From Alphaproteobacteria bacterium (GTDB taxonomy: Bacteria > Pseudomonadota > Alphaproteobacteria > JAJTHO01 > CANGYM01), in the NCBI GenBank assembly GCA_947458235.1, contig CANGYP010000001.1:1248-65247 (forward strand): a stretch of DNA of 64,000 nucleotides, read 5' to 3'. The position numbers were made by a program, and so were the translations under genes. Of this stretch, positions 10,187 through 20,688 are shown piece after piece. A model generated the notes under the pieces. It searched no databases and was not told the origin of the DNA. It worked only from the letters and a program-made list of their open reading frames with translations. Numbering within the stretch: the stretch's first letter is position 1; each line of letters begins with the position of its first letter.

Positions 10187-12334
10187 ATGACCCGCGATAT
10201 CGCCTTGGCCCATGGCTTGACCTCAGAAGAATATGACAAAATTGTCTCCCTCATCGGGCGCACCCCCAACATGACGGAAATCAGTATCTTTTCCGTGATG
10301 TGGAGCGAGCATTGCAGCTATAAATCCTCAAAACTCTGGCTGAAAACCCTGCCCACACAGGCGCCGTGGGTGATTTGTGGCCCAGGGGAAAATGCGGGCG
10401 TTATTGATGTGGGCGACAACCAAGCCGCCATTTTTAAAATCGAAAGCCACAATCACCCCTCCTTCATCGAACCCTATCAAGGGGCCGCCACAGGGGTGGG
10501 GGGCATTTTGCGGGATGTCTTCACCATGGGGGCGCGGCCTGTGGCGTTGTTAAACGCTCTACGCTTTGGGGCCATGGATCACCCCAAAACGGAATCTTTG
10601 GTCCAAGGGGTGGTGGCCGGCATTTCCGGTTATGGCAACTGTATGGGCATTCCCAACATCGGGGGGGAATGTGAATTTGATCCGGCGTACAATGGCAACA
10701 TTCTGGTCAATGCCATGACCATTGGGATTGCCGATCAGAACAAAATTTTCTATGCACGGGCCGCCGGCATTGGCAATGCGGTGGTGTATGTGGGGGCCAA
10801 AACGGGCCGCGACGGCATTCATGGGGCCACCATGGCCTCCGCTGAGTTTTCCGAAGGCGACGAAGACCAGCGCCCCACCGTGCAGGTGGGCGATCCCTTC
10901 ACCGAAAAGAAATTGCTCGAGGCCTGCCTAGAGCTGATGCAACAGGACGCCATCGTGGCCATTCAGGACATGGGCGCGGCGGGCCTGACATCATCCTCCA
11001 TCGAAATGGCGTCCAAAGGGGATGTGGGGCTGGATCTGAATCTGGACAACGTCCCCTGCCGCGAAGCGGGCATGAGCGCCTATGAAATGATGCTGTCTGA
11101 AAGCCAAGAGCGCATGTTGATGGTCCTGCGCCCCGAAAAAATTGATCTGGCCCAAAGCATTTTCAAAAAATGGGAACTGGACTGCACCGTCATTGGCACC
11201 ATCACCGAAACCCAGCGTCTGGTCATCACCCACCGCGGCGTGGTGGAGGTTGACCTGCCCCTATCCTGTCTGGCCGACACCGCGCCGGAATACAATCGCC
11301 CTTGGGTGGCATCCCCCGTGCGCCCCGTTTTTTTCTCAGAAAACGAAACGCTGTCCCACGACACCGTGGCCTCTATGACCAACGCGCTGCTGAATCATCC
11401 CAACATCCAAAGCAAAGCCTGGATTTGGGAACAGTACGATTCCACCGTCATGGGCGACACCCTGGCCACCCCAGGCGGGGATGCAGGGGTTGTCCGCATT
11501 CATGGCACACACAAGGCCCTAGCCGCCACCACCGATTGCACCCCGCGCTATTGTTATGCCGATCCCGTTTTGGGCGGCACCTTGGCCGTGGTACAGGCCT
11601 ATCGCAACCTTTCCGCCGTGGGGGCGCAGCCACTGGCCATCACCAACAACCTGAACTTTGGCAATCCCCAAAAACCCGACATCATGGGCCAGTTGGTGGG
11701 ATGCACTCAGGGCATGGGAGATGCCTGCCGCGCCCTCGATTTTCCCGTCATTTCTGGAAACGTATCTCTGTATAACGAAACCGACGGACGCGCCATTTTA
11801 CCCACCCCCGTCATTGGCGGCGTGGGGGTGTTGACGGATTATCGTTTGCGTATTTCCTCCTTTGTTCAGGAGGCTGGCCTTGCCCTCGTTCTGCTGGGAA
11901 CCCAAGGCGCAGGGTGGCTGGGCTGCACACTCTGGCAACAGGTCTGCACCACGGACACCACCGTGTACGCTCCCCCCCCAGTGGACTTGGCGGCGGAAAA
12001 GCATTTATCACAGGTGATTAAAACCTTGGCCCAAAACAACTTGATTCACGCCTGCCACGATGTGGGGGAGGGGGGCTTGCTCATCGCCCTGATTGAAATG
12101 CTGGGCGATCCCGCTTTGGGCATGGATCTCAGCATCCCCATGACTGCGGGCATCCTGTTTGGGGAAGACATGGGCCGCTATATCGTGGCCACCCAAAACG
12201 AAACCGCCCTGCATCAGCACTTGGGCACCACCCCCCACATCGTTCTGGGGGAGGTCACGCAGATCCCCGCATGGAACCTGAACGGCAGCACGCTGTTTCC
12301 TGACGGGCCACAGCGTAAACCCTTAACTTTTTAG
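10187..12334 (+). CDS. purL: Phosphoribosylformylglycinamidine synthase subunit PurL
   Basis: 715 aa with [21 protein letters not shown] and two AIR-synthase-related repeats, typical of small-type PurL. Confidence 0.9.
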   Translation: MTRDIALAHGLTSEEYDKIVSLIGRTPNMTEISIFSVMWSEHCSYKSSKLWLKTLPTQAPWVICGPGENAGVIDVGDNQAAIFKIESHNHPSFIEPYQGAATGVGGILRDVFTMGARPVALLNALRFGAMDHPKTESLVQGVVAGISGYGNCMGIPNIGGECEFDPAYNGNILVNAMTIGIADQNKIFYARAAGIGNAVVYVGAKTGRDGIHGATMASAEFSEGDEDQRPTVQVGDPFTEKKLLEACLELMQQDAIVAIQDMGAAGLTSSSIEMASKGDVGLDLNLDNVPCREAGMSAYEMMLSESQERMLMVLRPEKIDLAQSIFKKWELDCTVIGTITETQRLVITHRGVVEVDLPLSCLADTAPEYNRPWVASPVRPVFFSENETLSHDTVASMTNALLNHPNIQSKAWIWEQYDSTVMGDTLATPGGDAGVVRIHGTHKALAATTDCTPRYCYADPVLGGTLAVVQAYRNLSAVGAQPLAITNNLNFGNPQKPDIMGQLVGCTQGMGDACRALDFPVISGNVSLYNETDGRAILPTPVIGGVGVLTDYRLRISSFVQEAGLALVLLGTQGAGWLGCTLWQQVCTTDTTVYAPPPVDLAAEKHLSQVIKTLAQNNLIHACHDVGEGGLLIALIEMLGDPALGMDLSIPMTAGILFGEDMGRYIVATQNETALHQHLGTTPHIVLGEVTQIPAWNLNGSTLFPDGPQRKPLTF

Positions 12335-12891
12335 GATAAAAAATTAAGCAACGGCAACGCCGTAAACCACCAAACGGCGTCCTTCAGGGCGTTCAGCAGA
12401 TACTTGGGGCACATCTCAAGGGTATCGGGGGCCTGATACAGGGACAAACGGGGCAGAAAACGGGGGGTTTTGGCGCAGTACGCTTGGTAATCTGCACCGA
12501 ATTTTTCCTGCAAAAAGGCTTCCTCCCGCTGCATCAGCCGGTGCATCAACAGCAAAAACAGCATCGGCACCGCCACCATCAAAACCATCTGCGCCGTGGC
12601 CAAGGCAATCCCGCACACCCCCACAAAGGAAAAAAAATACAGCGGATTGCGCATCACGGAAAACGGGCCCTGCGTAATCAAGGTCTGGTTTTTAAACCCC
12701 CCCAAAAACGCCGTTGCATACAACCGCCCCAACGCCGCCAAACCAATCAAAACACTGGCCACAGCCCACAAAACCGAATGCATCAGGGTACCCTCGGGCC
12801 ACGTTGTGGGCAAAACAATCATCCCCAGCACCGCCCCCACAGCCAAGGCCCCCGACAACTGAATACGCTTTAAGTTCAATGAGCGCGACAT
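12331..12891 (-). CDS. Membrane methyltransferase of the ICMT/PEMT (isoprenylcysteine carboxyl / phospholipid methyltransferase) family
   Basis: Multi-TM protein with [10 protein letters not shown] and the C-terminal [25 protein letters not shown] motif of this family. Confidence 0.65.
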   Translation of the reverse strand: MSRSLNLKRIQLSGALAVGAVLGMIVLPTTWPEGTLMHSVLWAVASVLIGLAALGRLYATAFLGGFKNQTLITQGPFSVMRNPLYFFSFVGVCGIALATAQMVLMVAVPMLFLLLMHRLMQREEAFLQEKFGADYQAYCAKTPRFLPRLSLYQAPDTLEMCPKYLLNALKDAVWWFTALPLLNFLS

Positions 12892-12910
12892 ACTACAGGC
12901 CTTGTTTCAG

Positions 12911-12945
12911 GGTTAGGATAAACACAAAGTTACGGCATCCTAACC
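12911..12945. promoter_or_regulatory. Perfect inverted repeat GGTTAGGAT-N17-ATCCTAACC in the divergent promoter region between the methyltransferase gene and ettA; candidate operator
   Basis: 9-bp perfect arms read directly from the sequence, 20-54 nt upstream of the minus-strand gene start. Confidence 0.3.
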
Positions 12946-13079
12946 GCCTTTGGGGGGAAAGGCAAAACAGAAGTGCAGTGGGCAGCAGCCCCCCCATCCA
13001 TTATCTATCGTCGATTCTCTTCACGTCTTCTATCTTCCCATCTCCCCGTCTTTATGCCACAAAGGGGGGCAACCTGATC

Positions 13080-14783
13080 ATGTTTTTTTTCAAAGGAACC
13101 ACCGTGGCCGAGCAGTATATTTTCACTATGCAGGGCGTGACCAAACGCCTGAAAACTGGAAAAACCTTGTTTGATAACATATGGTTATCCTATTTGCCTG
13201 GGGCCAAAATTGGGGTCATTGGCCATAACGGATCGGGGAAATCCACCTTGCTGAAAATTATGGCGGGGCTGGATACGGATTTTACGGGGGAAACCATCTT
13301 GGCTAAGGGGGCCCGTGTGGGTTATTTGGCACAAGAACCCGACATGGACCCAAACAAAACCGTCCGCGAAGTCGCCACCGAGGGTCTGGGTGACATTTCT
13401 GCCATGCTTCAAGAATTCGAGGCCATCAGCATGAAAATGGCCGAAGAGATGACCGATGACGAAATGAATGCCCTGCTGGAACGCCAAGGCGATCTGCAGG
13501 AAAAAATTGACGCCGTGGACGGTTGGGATCTGGACCGGCACATTGACATTGCCATGGACGCCCTGCGCTGTCCCGATCCCGATCAAAAGGTGGGCGTGTT
13601 GTCAGGCGGGGAAAAACGCCGCGTGGCCCTGTGCCGCCTGTTGTTACAAAAGCCCGATATGCTGCTGCTGGACGAGCCCACCAACCATCTGGATGCCTTG
13701 TCAGTCGCTTGGCTGGAACGTCACCTGCGGGATTATGCTGGCACCGTCATCGTGGTGACCCACGATCGTTATTTTCTGGACAACATCACCGAGTGGATTT
13801 TGGAAATTGATCAGGGCACGTTTCGCCCCTATCATGCCAATTATAAAGAATGGCTGAAACAAAAACAAAAAATACTCCACGATCAACAAAGTCAGGAAAA
13901 CAAACTCTCCAAAGCCCTAGAAGAAGAACTGGCATGGGTCAACGAATCCCCCAAGGGGCGGATGAAAAAAAGCAAGGCGCGACTGACGGCTTTTGAAAAA
14001 GCCCGCGCCAATCAGCGAGACACCAAGGCTTATACTTCCCAGATCATCATCCCTGACGGCGAGCCCTTGGGCGATCAGGTCCTCACCTTTGAGGGCATCA
14101 CCAAAGCCGAGGGCGACCGTTTGCTCATGGAGGATGTATCCGCCGTTATCCCCAAAGGGGCCATTGTGGGTATTATCGGGGCCAACGGAGCGGGAAAAAC
14201 AACATTATTTCGCATGATCACTGGACAAACCACCCCCGATGCTGGCACCATCACGGTGGGGCAAAAGGTCAGCTTAGGCTATGTGGATCAGTCCCGCGAC
14301 ATTCTGAATGACGACGATACGATTTGGCAGGCCATCTCTGGCGGGGCCGAGATTCTGGATCTGGGGGGCCGCGAAGTCAACAGCCGCGCCTATTGTTCAT
14401 GGTTCCATTTCAAAGGGGCGGATCAACAAAAAAAACTGCGGGATCTCTCTGGCGGGGAACGCAACCGTGTCCATCTGGCCCGCATACTCAAGGCCCGCCA
14501 CAACGTCCTGCTGCTGGATGAACCCACCAACGATTTGGACATTGAAACGCTGCGGGCCCTCGAAGAGGCCCTGCTGGATTTTTCTGGCGTGGCCCTGATC
14601 ATCTCCCACGACCGGTGGTTTTTGGACCGCATTGCCACGCACATCTTGGCCTATGAGGGCGATTCTGTCCTTCATTTTCACACCGGCAACTACGCCAGTT
14701 ATGTTGAAGACGCCAAAGCCCGCCTAGGCGAAGACCTGCTGGCCCCCCATCGTTTGAAGTACAAAACCCTGCGGCGAGGCTAG
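13080..14783 (+). CDS. ettA: Energy-dependent translational throttle protein EttA (ABC-F ATPase)
   Basis: Two ABC cassettes (GHNGSGKSTLL and GANGAGKTTLF, LSGGEKRRVAL and LSGGERNRVHL). The N-terminus QYIFTMQGVTKRL aligns with the EttA start. The listed ORF begins at 12714, but the start was set at the Met at 13080. Confidence 0.85.
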   Translation: MFFFKGTTVAEQYIFTMQGVTKRLKTGKTLFDNIWLSYLPGAKIGVIGHNGSGKSTLLKIMAGLDTDFTGETILAKGARVGYLAQEPDMDPNKTVREVATEGLGDISAMLQEFEAISMKMAEEMTDDEMNALLERQGDLQEKIDAVDGWDLDRHIDIAMDALRCPDPDQKVGVLSGGEKRRVALCRLLLQKPDMLLLDEPTNHLDALSVAWLERHLRDYAGTVIVVTHDRYFLDNITEWILEIDQGTFRPYHANYKEWLKQKQKILHDQQSQENKLSKALEEELAWVNESPKGRMKKSKARLTAFEKARANQRDTKAYTSQIIIPDGEPLGDQVLTFEGITKAEGDRLLMEDVSAVIPKGAIVGIIGANGAGKTTLFRMITGQTTPDAGTITVGQKVSLGYVDQSRDILNDDDTIWQAISGGAEILDLGGREVNSRAYCSWFHFKGADQQKKLRDLSGGERNRVHLARILKARHNVLLLDEPTNDLDIETLRALEEALLDFSGVALIISHDRWFLDRIATHILAYEGDSVLHFHTGNYASYVEDAKARLGEDLLAPHRLKYKTLRRG

Positions 14784-15157
14784 GGCGCGTCATCATTTAA
14801 GCGAGAAAGATGGATTTTTCTGGATGCTGAGGCGAGAAACTGGCAAAAAACGGTCGGTATACTGGACGTATATTGTATTGACTGTTTTTTGGCAGGATTC
14901 ACAGCCCAGCATACGGGAAAAGACGCTTTTGAGCAAATGATGACACACCCTAGGGAGAGAGGACATACAGCACGTCTCAAGCAGCAGAACTACAATCGTC
15001 CCTCTCTGCCTAGCGGGCTGGGGAAAGGGACATTTATCCCCCCTTTTTCCTGATCGATAGGGGAGGGTTGATCTATGGCCCATCAAAACACCTTGCAATA
15101 TACCCCCCTCATGATAAGTTTGGAGCCGTTTTGACTGTCACTGCGTGGCCTTTGTTT

Positions 15158-16246
15158 ATGATGCTCTATCCCCTTTTGGTATCCCGCCGAAAGTGCCAAC
15201 CCTTGTGTTGGGTTGTGTTTTGGGTGGTGATGGGGGGTCTGTTGATGGGCACTGGGCCTGCTGATGCGGCGCCAAAAGCCCCTGTGGCCCCAACCTCTGC
15301 GGCCCAATCTGTTGATCCGTCGTCGTTTGTGAATGTCTACACCACCGAGGAGTCCCCCCTGTGGGAGGATTTGTTTAAAACCTTTGGGGAAAAAACTGGC
15401 ATCCGCATCCGCTATAGCGTTCAGGATGGGGCGGATATTGTCAAAAAACTCACCGAAGATGGGGATATTCCCAAAGCGGACGCCGTGATCATCCACGGTT
15501 TGCCCGTTTTGTGGCAGGCGGGGGAAAGCGGTTTGTTACAAAAGGCCCCTTCATTGATTCTGGAATCCTCTATTCCCCCCGCACTGCAAGGGGGGGCATG
15601 GTTTGCGTTTGCGCAGCAGGCCCACGTTATTGTTTACGACAAAACCAAATACACCACGCCCCCCAGTGGGGTAAGCAGTTACGAGGCCCTTGCCTCCCCC
15701 ATCTACCAGAGCATGATCTGTTTGTCAGGGGCGAGTGTGCATCAATCTTGGGTGGCATCCATGGTGCAAGCCCACGGCGAAAAGAAAACCCTTGATTGGA
15801 TCAAAGGCCTTCTGGGGAATGTGGCCCGCCCCCCTGCTGGCGGGGATGGGGATCAGATTAAGGATCTTTTGGCTGGACGCTGTGCGCTGGCTGTGGTGGG
15901 GGATGATACAGTCCGTCGCCTGCCGCCCGAGGATCAGGCCAAACTGGACATCATCTATCCCAACGCCGCAGATCGTGGCACCCACATCACAATCACAGGC
16001 GCGGGCGTTGTGAAAAACGCCGCCCGTCGGGCCGAAGCCATAAAACTGATGGAATTTCTGGTCAGTCGCCCCGTGCAAGATCGTCTGGCCAACGAGGCCA
16101 AACAGTATCGCGCAGTGAATGTGATGCAAATCCCCAATCAAAAAAACCCCAATCCCTTTGGATTTCGGGCAGAAGCTTTGGTGCAAGCCACCCTTGGCCC
16201 CTATAGCGACCAAGCTCTGATCTTGATGGACAAAGCGTCATGGTAA
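15158..16246 (+). CDS. Periplasmic substrate-binding protein of an ABC transporter (Fe3+/thiamine-type family 1 SBP)
   Basis: Signal peptide MMLYPLLVSRRK...GPADAAP, then VNVYTTEESPLWEDLF...ADAVIIHGLPVLWQAG, typical of FbpA/TbpA-like SBPs. Substrate cannot be assigned. The start was chosen at the signal-peptide Met. Confidence 0.6.
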   Translation: MMLYPLLVSRRKCQPLCWVVFWVVMGGLLMGTGPADAAPKAPVAPTSAAQSVDPSSFVNVYTTEESPLWEDLFKTFGEKTGIRIRYSVQDGADIVKKLTEDGDIPKADAVIIHGLPVLWQAGESGLLQKAPSLILESSIPPALQGGAWFAFAQQAHVIVYDKTKYTTPPSGVSSYEALASPIYQSMICLSGASVHQSWVASMVQAHGEKKTLDWIKGLLGNVARPPAGGDGDQIKDLLAGRCALAVVGDDTVRRLPPEDQAKLDIIYPNAADRGTHITITGAGVVKNAARRAEAIKLMEFLVSRPVQDRLANEAKQYRAVNVMQIPNQKNPNPFGFRAEALVQATLGPYSDQALILMDKASW

Positions 16247-17319
16247 GCCCACAAAAACGCGCCATTGTGGCCATGTCAGGAGGGGTGGATAGCTCTGTGG
16301 TGGCGGCATTGCTGCACGAACAAGGGTATGACGTGGTGGGCATCACCCTACAACTGTACGATCACGGACAGGCGGTGCAAAAAACCAAAGCCTGCTGCGC
16401 GGGTCAGGATATTCAAGATGCCAAGGCGGTGGCGGACAGAATCGGCTTTCCCCACTATACCTTGGACTATGAAAACCGCTTTCGCCAACAGGTCATTGAT
16501 GATTTTGCCGACAGCTACGTGCGCGGCGAAACGCCCATCCCCTGTATCCGTTGCAATCAAACCGTCAAGTTTCGGGATTTGTTACAAATGGCGCAAGATT
16601 TAAATGGCGATTTTCTGGCCACCGGCCATTATGTCCAGCGCATCGCATCAGGGGGGGAAATCACCATGCACCGCGGGGCCGATCCCGCCAAGGATCAAAG
16701 TTATTTTCTGTTTGCCACAACGCCAGCCCAGCTGTCGTTTTTGCGGTTTCCTTTGGGGGGCATCCCCAAGGTTGAGACACGGGCCATGGCCAAGCGATAC
16801 GGCCTGCCAGTGGCGGAAAAGCCCGACAGTCAAGACATTTGCTTTGTGCCCGATGGTCGGTATGGAGATTTGGTGAAAAAACTGCGTCCAGAATCCATTC
16901 AACCTGGAAATATCGTCCACGTGGATGGCCGCGTTTTGGGGCAGCACGAGGGGATTATTAACTTCACCGTGGGACAACGACGGGGATTGCATATCGGAGG
17001 GGGGGATATTCTGTATGTCATACGCCTAGATCCCGATACGCGCACCGTTGTGGTGGGCCCCAAAGAGGCCTTGGCCCGTCACAGTGTGGCCTTGACGGGG
17101 GTCAACTGGCTTGGCACCTCCCCCGAAAGATCCCACCAGATTGAGGCCAAATGCCGCTACAGCCAAGACCCCGCTCCCGCCACCGTCACCTTTGGGGATA
17201 ACGCGACGGCCACCGTCACCTTTGATGATCCCCAGTATGGCATTGCCCCAGGTCAGGCGTGCGTTTTTTATTCTGGATCCCGCGTTTTGGGCGGGGGTTG
17301 GATTGGTCACGCGGCATAG
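16240..17319 (+). CDS. mnmA: tRNA-specific 2-thiouridylase
   Basis: PP-loop AIVAMSGGVDSSVVAALL with CCAGQDIQDA, CIRCN and DQSYFL. 359 aa. Confidence 0.9.
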   Translation: MVSPQKRAIVAMSGGVDSSVVAALLHEQGYDVVGITLQLYDHGQAVQKTKACCAGQDIQDAKAVADRIGFPHYTLDYENRFRQQVIDDFADSYVRGETPIPCIRCNQTVKFRDLLQMAQDLNGDFLATGHYVQRIASGGEITMHRGADPAKDQSYFLFATTPAQLSFLRFPLGGIPKVETRAMAKRYGLPVAEKPDSQDICFVPDGRYGDLVKKLRPESIQPGNIVHVDGRVLGQHEGIINFTVGQRRGLHIGGGDILYVIRLDPDTRTVVVGPKEALARHSVALTGVNWLGTSPERSHQIEAKCRYSQDPAPATVTFGDNATATVTFDDPQYGIAPGQACVFYSGSRVLGGGWIGHAA

Positions 17320-17516
17320 GTTGGTTCTGGCGGGGCGATTTGTCATAATGTATTGCCTACACTGCATTTCTGGTGTGTTTTGAAACGGTTTTATAATCAT
17401 CTGTATAAATATCTGTGGCTTTCTCCTTACGTATTTCCCCCTTGTGATTCTCACAGCAGGTGTGTACTATCAGGCCATTCGCATAATGTCTGTTCTGTTG
17501 CTTTAAGAGGTTTTCC

Positions 17517-19160
17517 ATGGCCATTCATATGAGCATCCCCAAGGATGATTTTGATCTGAAGCCCAAAATTACCGTCATTGGTGTGGGCGGGGCTGGGGGT
17601 AATGCTGTTAATAATATGATTCGTGCCAACCTACAGGGCATAGAGTTTGTGGTGGCTAATGCGGATGCGCAGGCCTTGGCCCAGTCCGAATGTCCGAATC
17701 GTGTGCAGCTGGGCATGAACATCACCCGTGGTTTGGGGGCTGGATCCCGTCCAGAAATCGGAAAAGCTGCAGCGGAAGAGGCCCTTGATGAAATGATAGA
17801 ATACTTGCACGGCAGCAATATGGTCTTCATCACCGCAGGTATGGGCGGGGGAACAGGAACGGGGGCTGCCCCCGTTATCGCCCGCGTGGCCCGTGAAAAA
17901 GGTATCCTGACTGTAGGTGTTGTTACCAAGCCCTTTCATTTTGAAGGGGCCCATCGTATGCGCTTGGCCGAGGCTGGATTGGATGCCTTGCAACAAGTGG
18001 TGGACACCCTGATTGTGATTCCCAACCAGAATCTTTTTCGTTTGGCCAACGAAAAAACTACTTTTGCGGATGCCTTTAAAATGGCCGACGATGTTTTGCA
18101 TTCAGGGGTTCGGGGTATTACCGATTTAATGGTGATGCCAGGGTTGGTCAATCTGGACTTTGCTGACATTCGCACCGTGATGATGGAAATGGGCAAAGCC
18201 ATGATGGGCACAGGGGAAGCCGAGGGCGAGAATCGTGCCGTGGTTGCCGCTGAAGCCGCCATCTCTAATCCCTTGCTGGATGATGTGTCCATGAAGGGGG
18301 CCCGTGGTGTGTTGATTAACATTACGGGTTCTAAAGACATGACCCTCTTTGAAATTGACGAAGCCGCCAATCGCATCCGCGAAGAGGTAGATCCCGATGC
18401 CAACATCATTTTTGGATCTACCTTTGATGACAGTGTGCAGGGAAAAATCCGCATTTCCATTGTCGCCACAGGCATTGATGCCGCACCCCGTCCCACCACC
18501 AAGCCCATCGACCATGCTGGGCGTGCCCCCATTCCTGCTGCTGCCCCAGCCTCAACGCCCCATCCTTCTGCTGGCTATGCACATCCCCCAGCCTATTCCC
18601 CGCAACATACCCTTTCCCACAACCCGTCCGCAGGGGGATATGGCGTTGCCCCACAGGGTGTTGTCCCCCATCATCTTGCGGCGCATGCACCGATGCCGAG
18701 GGAATCTGGGGAGGATGTGTCTGGTGTGTTCATGACGCCCCCTCCTGTGCGGGCTGATGTGCGGGCTGAGGTTGTTCCTCCCCGTCTAGAAACCGTTTCC
18801 GCCCCAGAGCCTATTGCCGCAACCCCTGCTGTTGTGGTCAATTCCGCGCCGCGAGGGGATGCGGCTGTGGCCCTGTCCTCCTCATCTTCCCCCCGCCCCA
18901 CCTCGGGTGCCCGAGACTCTGCCCCTCCTTTGTCTCCATCTCTGGAGGCTGCTGATGCTGCTTCTGCTAAGCCGTCTCTTTTTGGCCGTTTGGCCCAAAC
19001 CGTTTCTGGGAAACCTGGGAAGGGGGACAGTGCTCTGCCACACCGTCCTCAATCTGCCGAAACCTCTGCTGAGTCGTCTAAGATGGAAGCCCCCAAATCT
19101 CCGACACCGCCCGCGCTAGACGAAGATTTAGAAATTCCTGCTTTTTTAAGACGTAAGTAA
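17517..19160 (+). CDS. ftsZ: Cell division protein FtsZ with long Pro/Ala-rich C-terminal linker
   Basis: Tubulin signature [13 protein letters not shown] with NADAQAL. A roughly 200-aa low-complexity linker precedes the conserved C-terminal peptide [11 protein letters not shown]. Confidence 0.9.
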   Translation: MAIHMSIPKDDFDLKPKITVIGVGGAGGNAVNNMIRANLQGIEFVVANADAQALAQSECPNRVQLGMNITRGLGAGSRPEIGKAAAEEALDEMIEYLHGSNMVFITAGMGGGTGTGAAPVIARVAREKGILTVGVVTKPFHFEGAHRMRLAEAGLDALQQVVDTLIVIPNQNLFRLANEKTTFADAFKMADDVLHSGVRGITDLMVMPGLVNLDFADIRTVMMEMGKAMMGTGEAEGENRAVVAAEAAISNPLLDDVSMKGARGVLINITGSKDMTLFEIDEAANRIREEVDPDANIIFGSTFDDSVQGKIRISIVATGIDAAPRPTTKPIDHAGRAPIPAAAPASTPHPSAGYAHPPAYSPQHTLSHNPSAGGYGVAPQGVVPHHLAAHAPMPRESGEDVSGVFMTPPPVRADVRAEVVPPRLETVSAPEPIAATPAVVVNSAPRGDAAVALSSSSSPRPTSGARDSAPPLSPSLEAADAASAKPSLFGRLAQTVSGKPGKGDSALPHRPQSAETSAESSKMEAPKSPTPPALDEDLEIPAFLRRK

Positions 19161-19354
19161 ATCATGGACATTTCCCATATGCCATACCATCACACTTTGG
19201 ACGCTTTGGGTGTTGGTATTCTTGGCAAAAAAATTCCTTCAGAATCTCTTTACAATCCGTTATGCTAAGGATACATACAATGTTTAGGTGAATACCTGAT
19301 TGAATACTGCCAAAAGTGTTTGCGAATAAAAACGTTAAGAAAAAGGATTTTTTT

Positions 19355-19990
19355 ATGACTGTATTTTACCCCTCTGAGAAGACATGCCTTTTCATTGATG
19401 GCGCCAATCTTTATGCCGCTGCCAAGGCTTTGAATTTTGATATTGATTATCAGAAATTACTTTCTTTTTTCTCGAAACGGGGTCGTTTGGTGCGGGCGTT
19501 TTACTACACCACACTGATTGAGGATCAGGAATACTCCCCCATTAAACCCTTGGTGGATTGGTTGGATTATAATGGTTTTACTATGGTTACAAAACCCGCC
19601 CGTGAATTTACAGATGCTTTTGGTCGGCGCAAGGTTAAGGGCAATATGGATATTGAACTTGCCCTAGACATGATTGAGATGGCCCAACATATGGATCATC
19701 TGGTTTTGTTTTCTGGTGACGGGGACTTTAAACGGTTGATTCAGGTGGTGCAAAACAAAGGTGTGCGTGTGTCTGTGGTCAGCACCATTGAAACCAATCC
19801 TGCCATGGTGGCTGATGAATTGCGGCGGCAGGCTGATCATTTTATTGAACTTTCTAAGCTAGCCCAGCACATCGCCCGTGATGGGAGTGCGGAAGAACGT
19901 CGTGAAAATCAGGCGGCCCGCCGTGCCCAATTTGAAGAATCAAAAAATGCTGCTGAATCCGAAGAGCGCAGTCCCAGTTTAGCTCTATAA
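19355..19990 (+). CDS. NYN/LabA-like (PIN-fold) domain protein
   Basis: CLFIDGANLYAAAKALNFDIDYQKLL...LVLFSGDGDF is the LabA/NYN pattern. The C-terminal tail is charged and low-complexity, and the gene is AT-rich. The ORF could start at 19316. Confidence 0.65.
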   Translation: MTVFYPSEKTCLFIDGANLYAAAKALNFDIDYQKLLSFFSKRGRLVRAFYYTTLIEDQEYSPIKPLVDWLDYNGFTMVTKPAREFTDAFGRRKVKGNMDIELALDMIEMAQHMDHLVLFSGDGDFKRLIQVVQNKGVRVSVVSTIETNPAMVADELRRQADHFIELSKLAQHIARDGSAEERRENQAARRAQFEESKNAAESEERSPSLAL

Positions 19991-19997
19991 GCGTTTT

Positions 19998-20654
19998 TTG
20001 GTGCTCTTTCATCAAGTTCACGTTCCCCCTGTTTGCAGTCTTTGCTCACGTTTGTGCGCTTTTCGTGATCAGAATCGCGCTCAAAACCCTTTGTATCATA
20101 ATGCCCCTGTTCCCGCATTTGGGGATTTGTCAGCTCGTTTATTGATTGTGGGATTAGCCCCTGGTCTTTCGGGGGCCAATGCGACGGGGCGGCCCTTTAC
20201 GGGGGATGATGCGGGGCAAGTGCTTTATGCGGCCTTGTTGGCGCATGGGTTAGCTTTGGGTGATTATCGAGGTCATGCCCATGATGGGCTGCGCCTGATG
20301 GATACCCGTATCACCAACACCGTGCGTTGTGTACCCCCCAACAATCGCCCAACACCCTTGGAAATCCGCACATGCGGTTTCTTCTTGGATCAAGAAATTC
20401 ATGCTATGCCCCATCTGTCCGTGATTTTGACATTGGGTAAGGTCGCCTATGAGACAACCCTTAAGATTTTGGGCGGCAATCCCCGTCAAACCCCCTTTGT
20501 CCATGGCCGTGTGGTTCAACAAGGCCCCTATACCCTTATCGCCAGTTACCATACATCCCGTTATAATATCAACACAAAACGTCTAACCGTGGAGATGTTT
20601 GATGCCATCATGGGCACAGTGTCCACATCTCTGGCGGCGACACCACGCCCCTGA
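19998..20654 (+). CDS. Uracil-DNA glycosylase superfamily protein (family 4/5 type, Fe-S)
   Basis: N-terminal Cys cluster CSLCSRLC, motif LLIVGLAPGLSGANATGRPFTGDDAG and a C-terminal HTSRYN-like motif. Confidence 0.7.
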   Translation: MVLFHQVHVPPVCSLCSRLCAFRDQNRAQNPLYHNAPVPAFGDLSARLLIVGLAPGLSGANATGRPFTGDDAGQVLYAALLAHGLALGDYRGHAHDGLRLMDTRITNTVRCVPPNNRPTPLEIRTCGFFLDQEIHAMPHLSVILTLGKVAYETTLKILGGNPRQTPFVHGRVVQQGPYTLIASYHTSRYNINTKRLTVEMFDAIMGTVSTSLAATPRP

Positions 20655-20688
20655 ACATGCCATGGCATCGTGAATACCACCCCCCCCC

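Noticed and set aside
12714-13079. N-terminal 122 codons of the listed 689-aa ORF preceding ettA
   Set aside because: They overlap the minus-strand methyltransferase gene. The sequence is Pro-rich low complexity, and the EttA alignment begins at the Met at 13080.
14815-15060. Possible TPP riboswitch upstream of the SBP gene, suggested by a CTGAGG-like segment and a CCTGATCGATAGGGGA stretch
   Set aside because: The conserved THI-box core (GGGGUGC...CUGAGA...ACCC...CCUGAUCUGGAUAAUGCCAGCG) cannot be assembled in the right order and spacing. The SBP could equally be an iron binder. It is kept only as a structured-leader observation.
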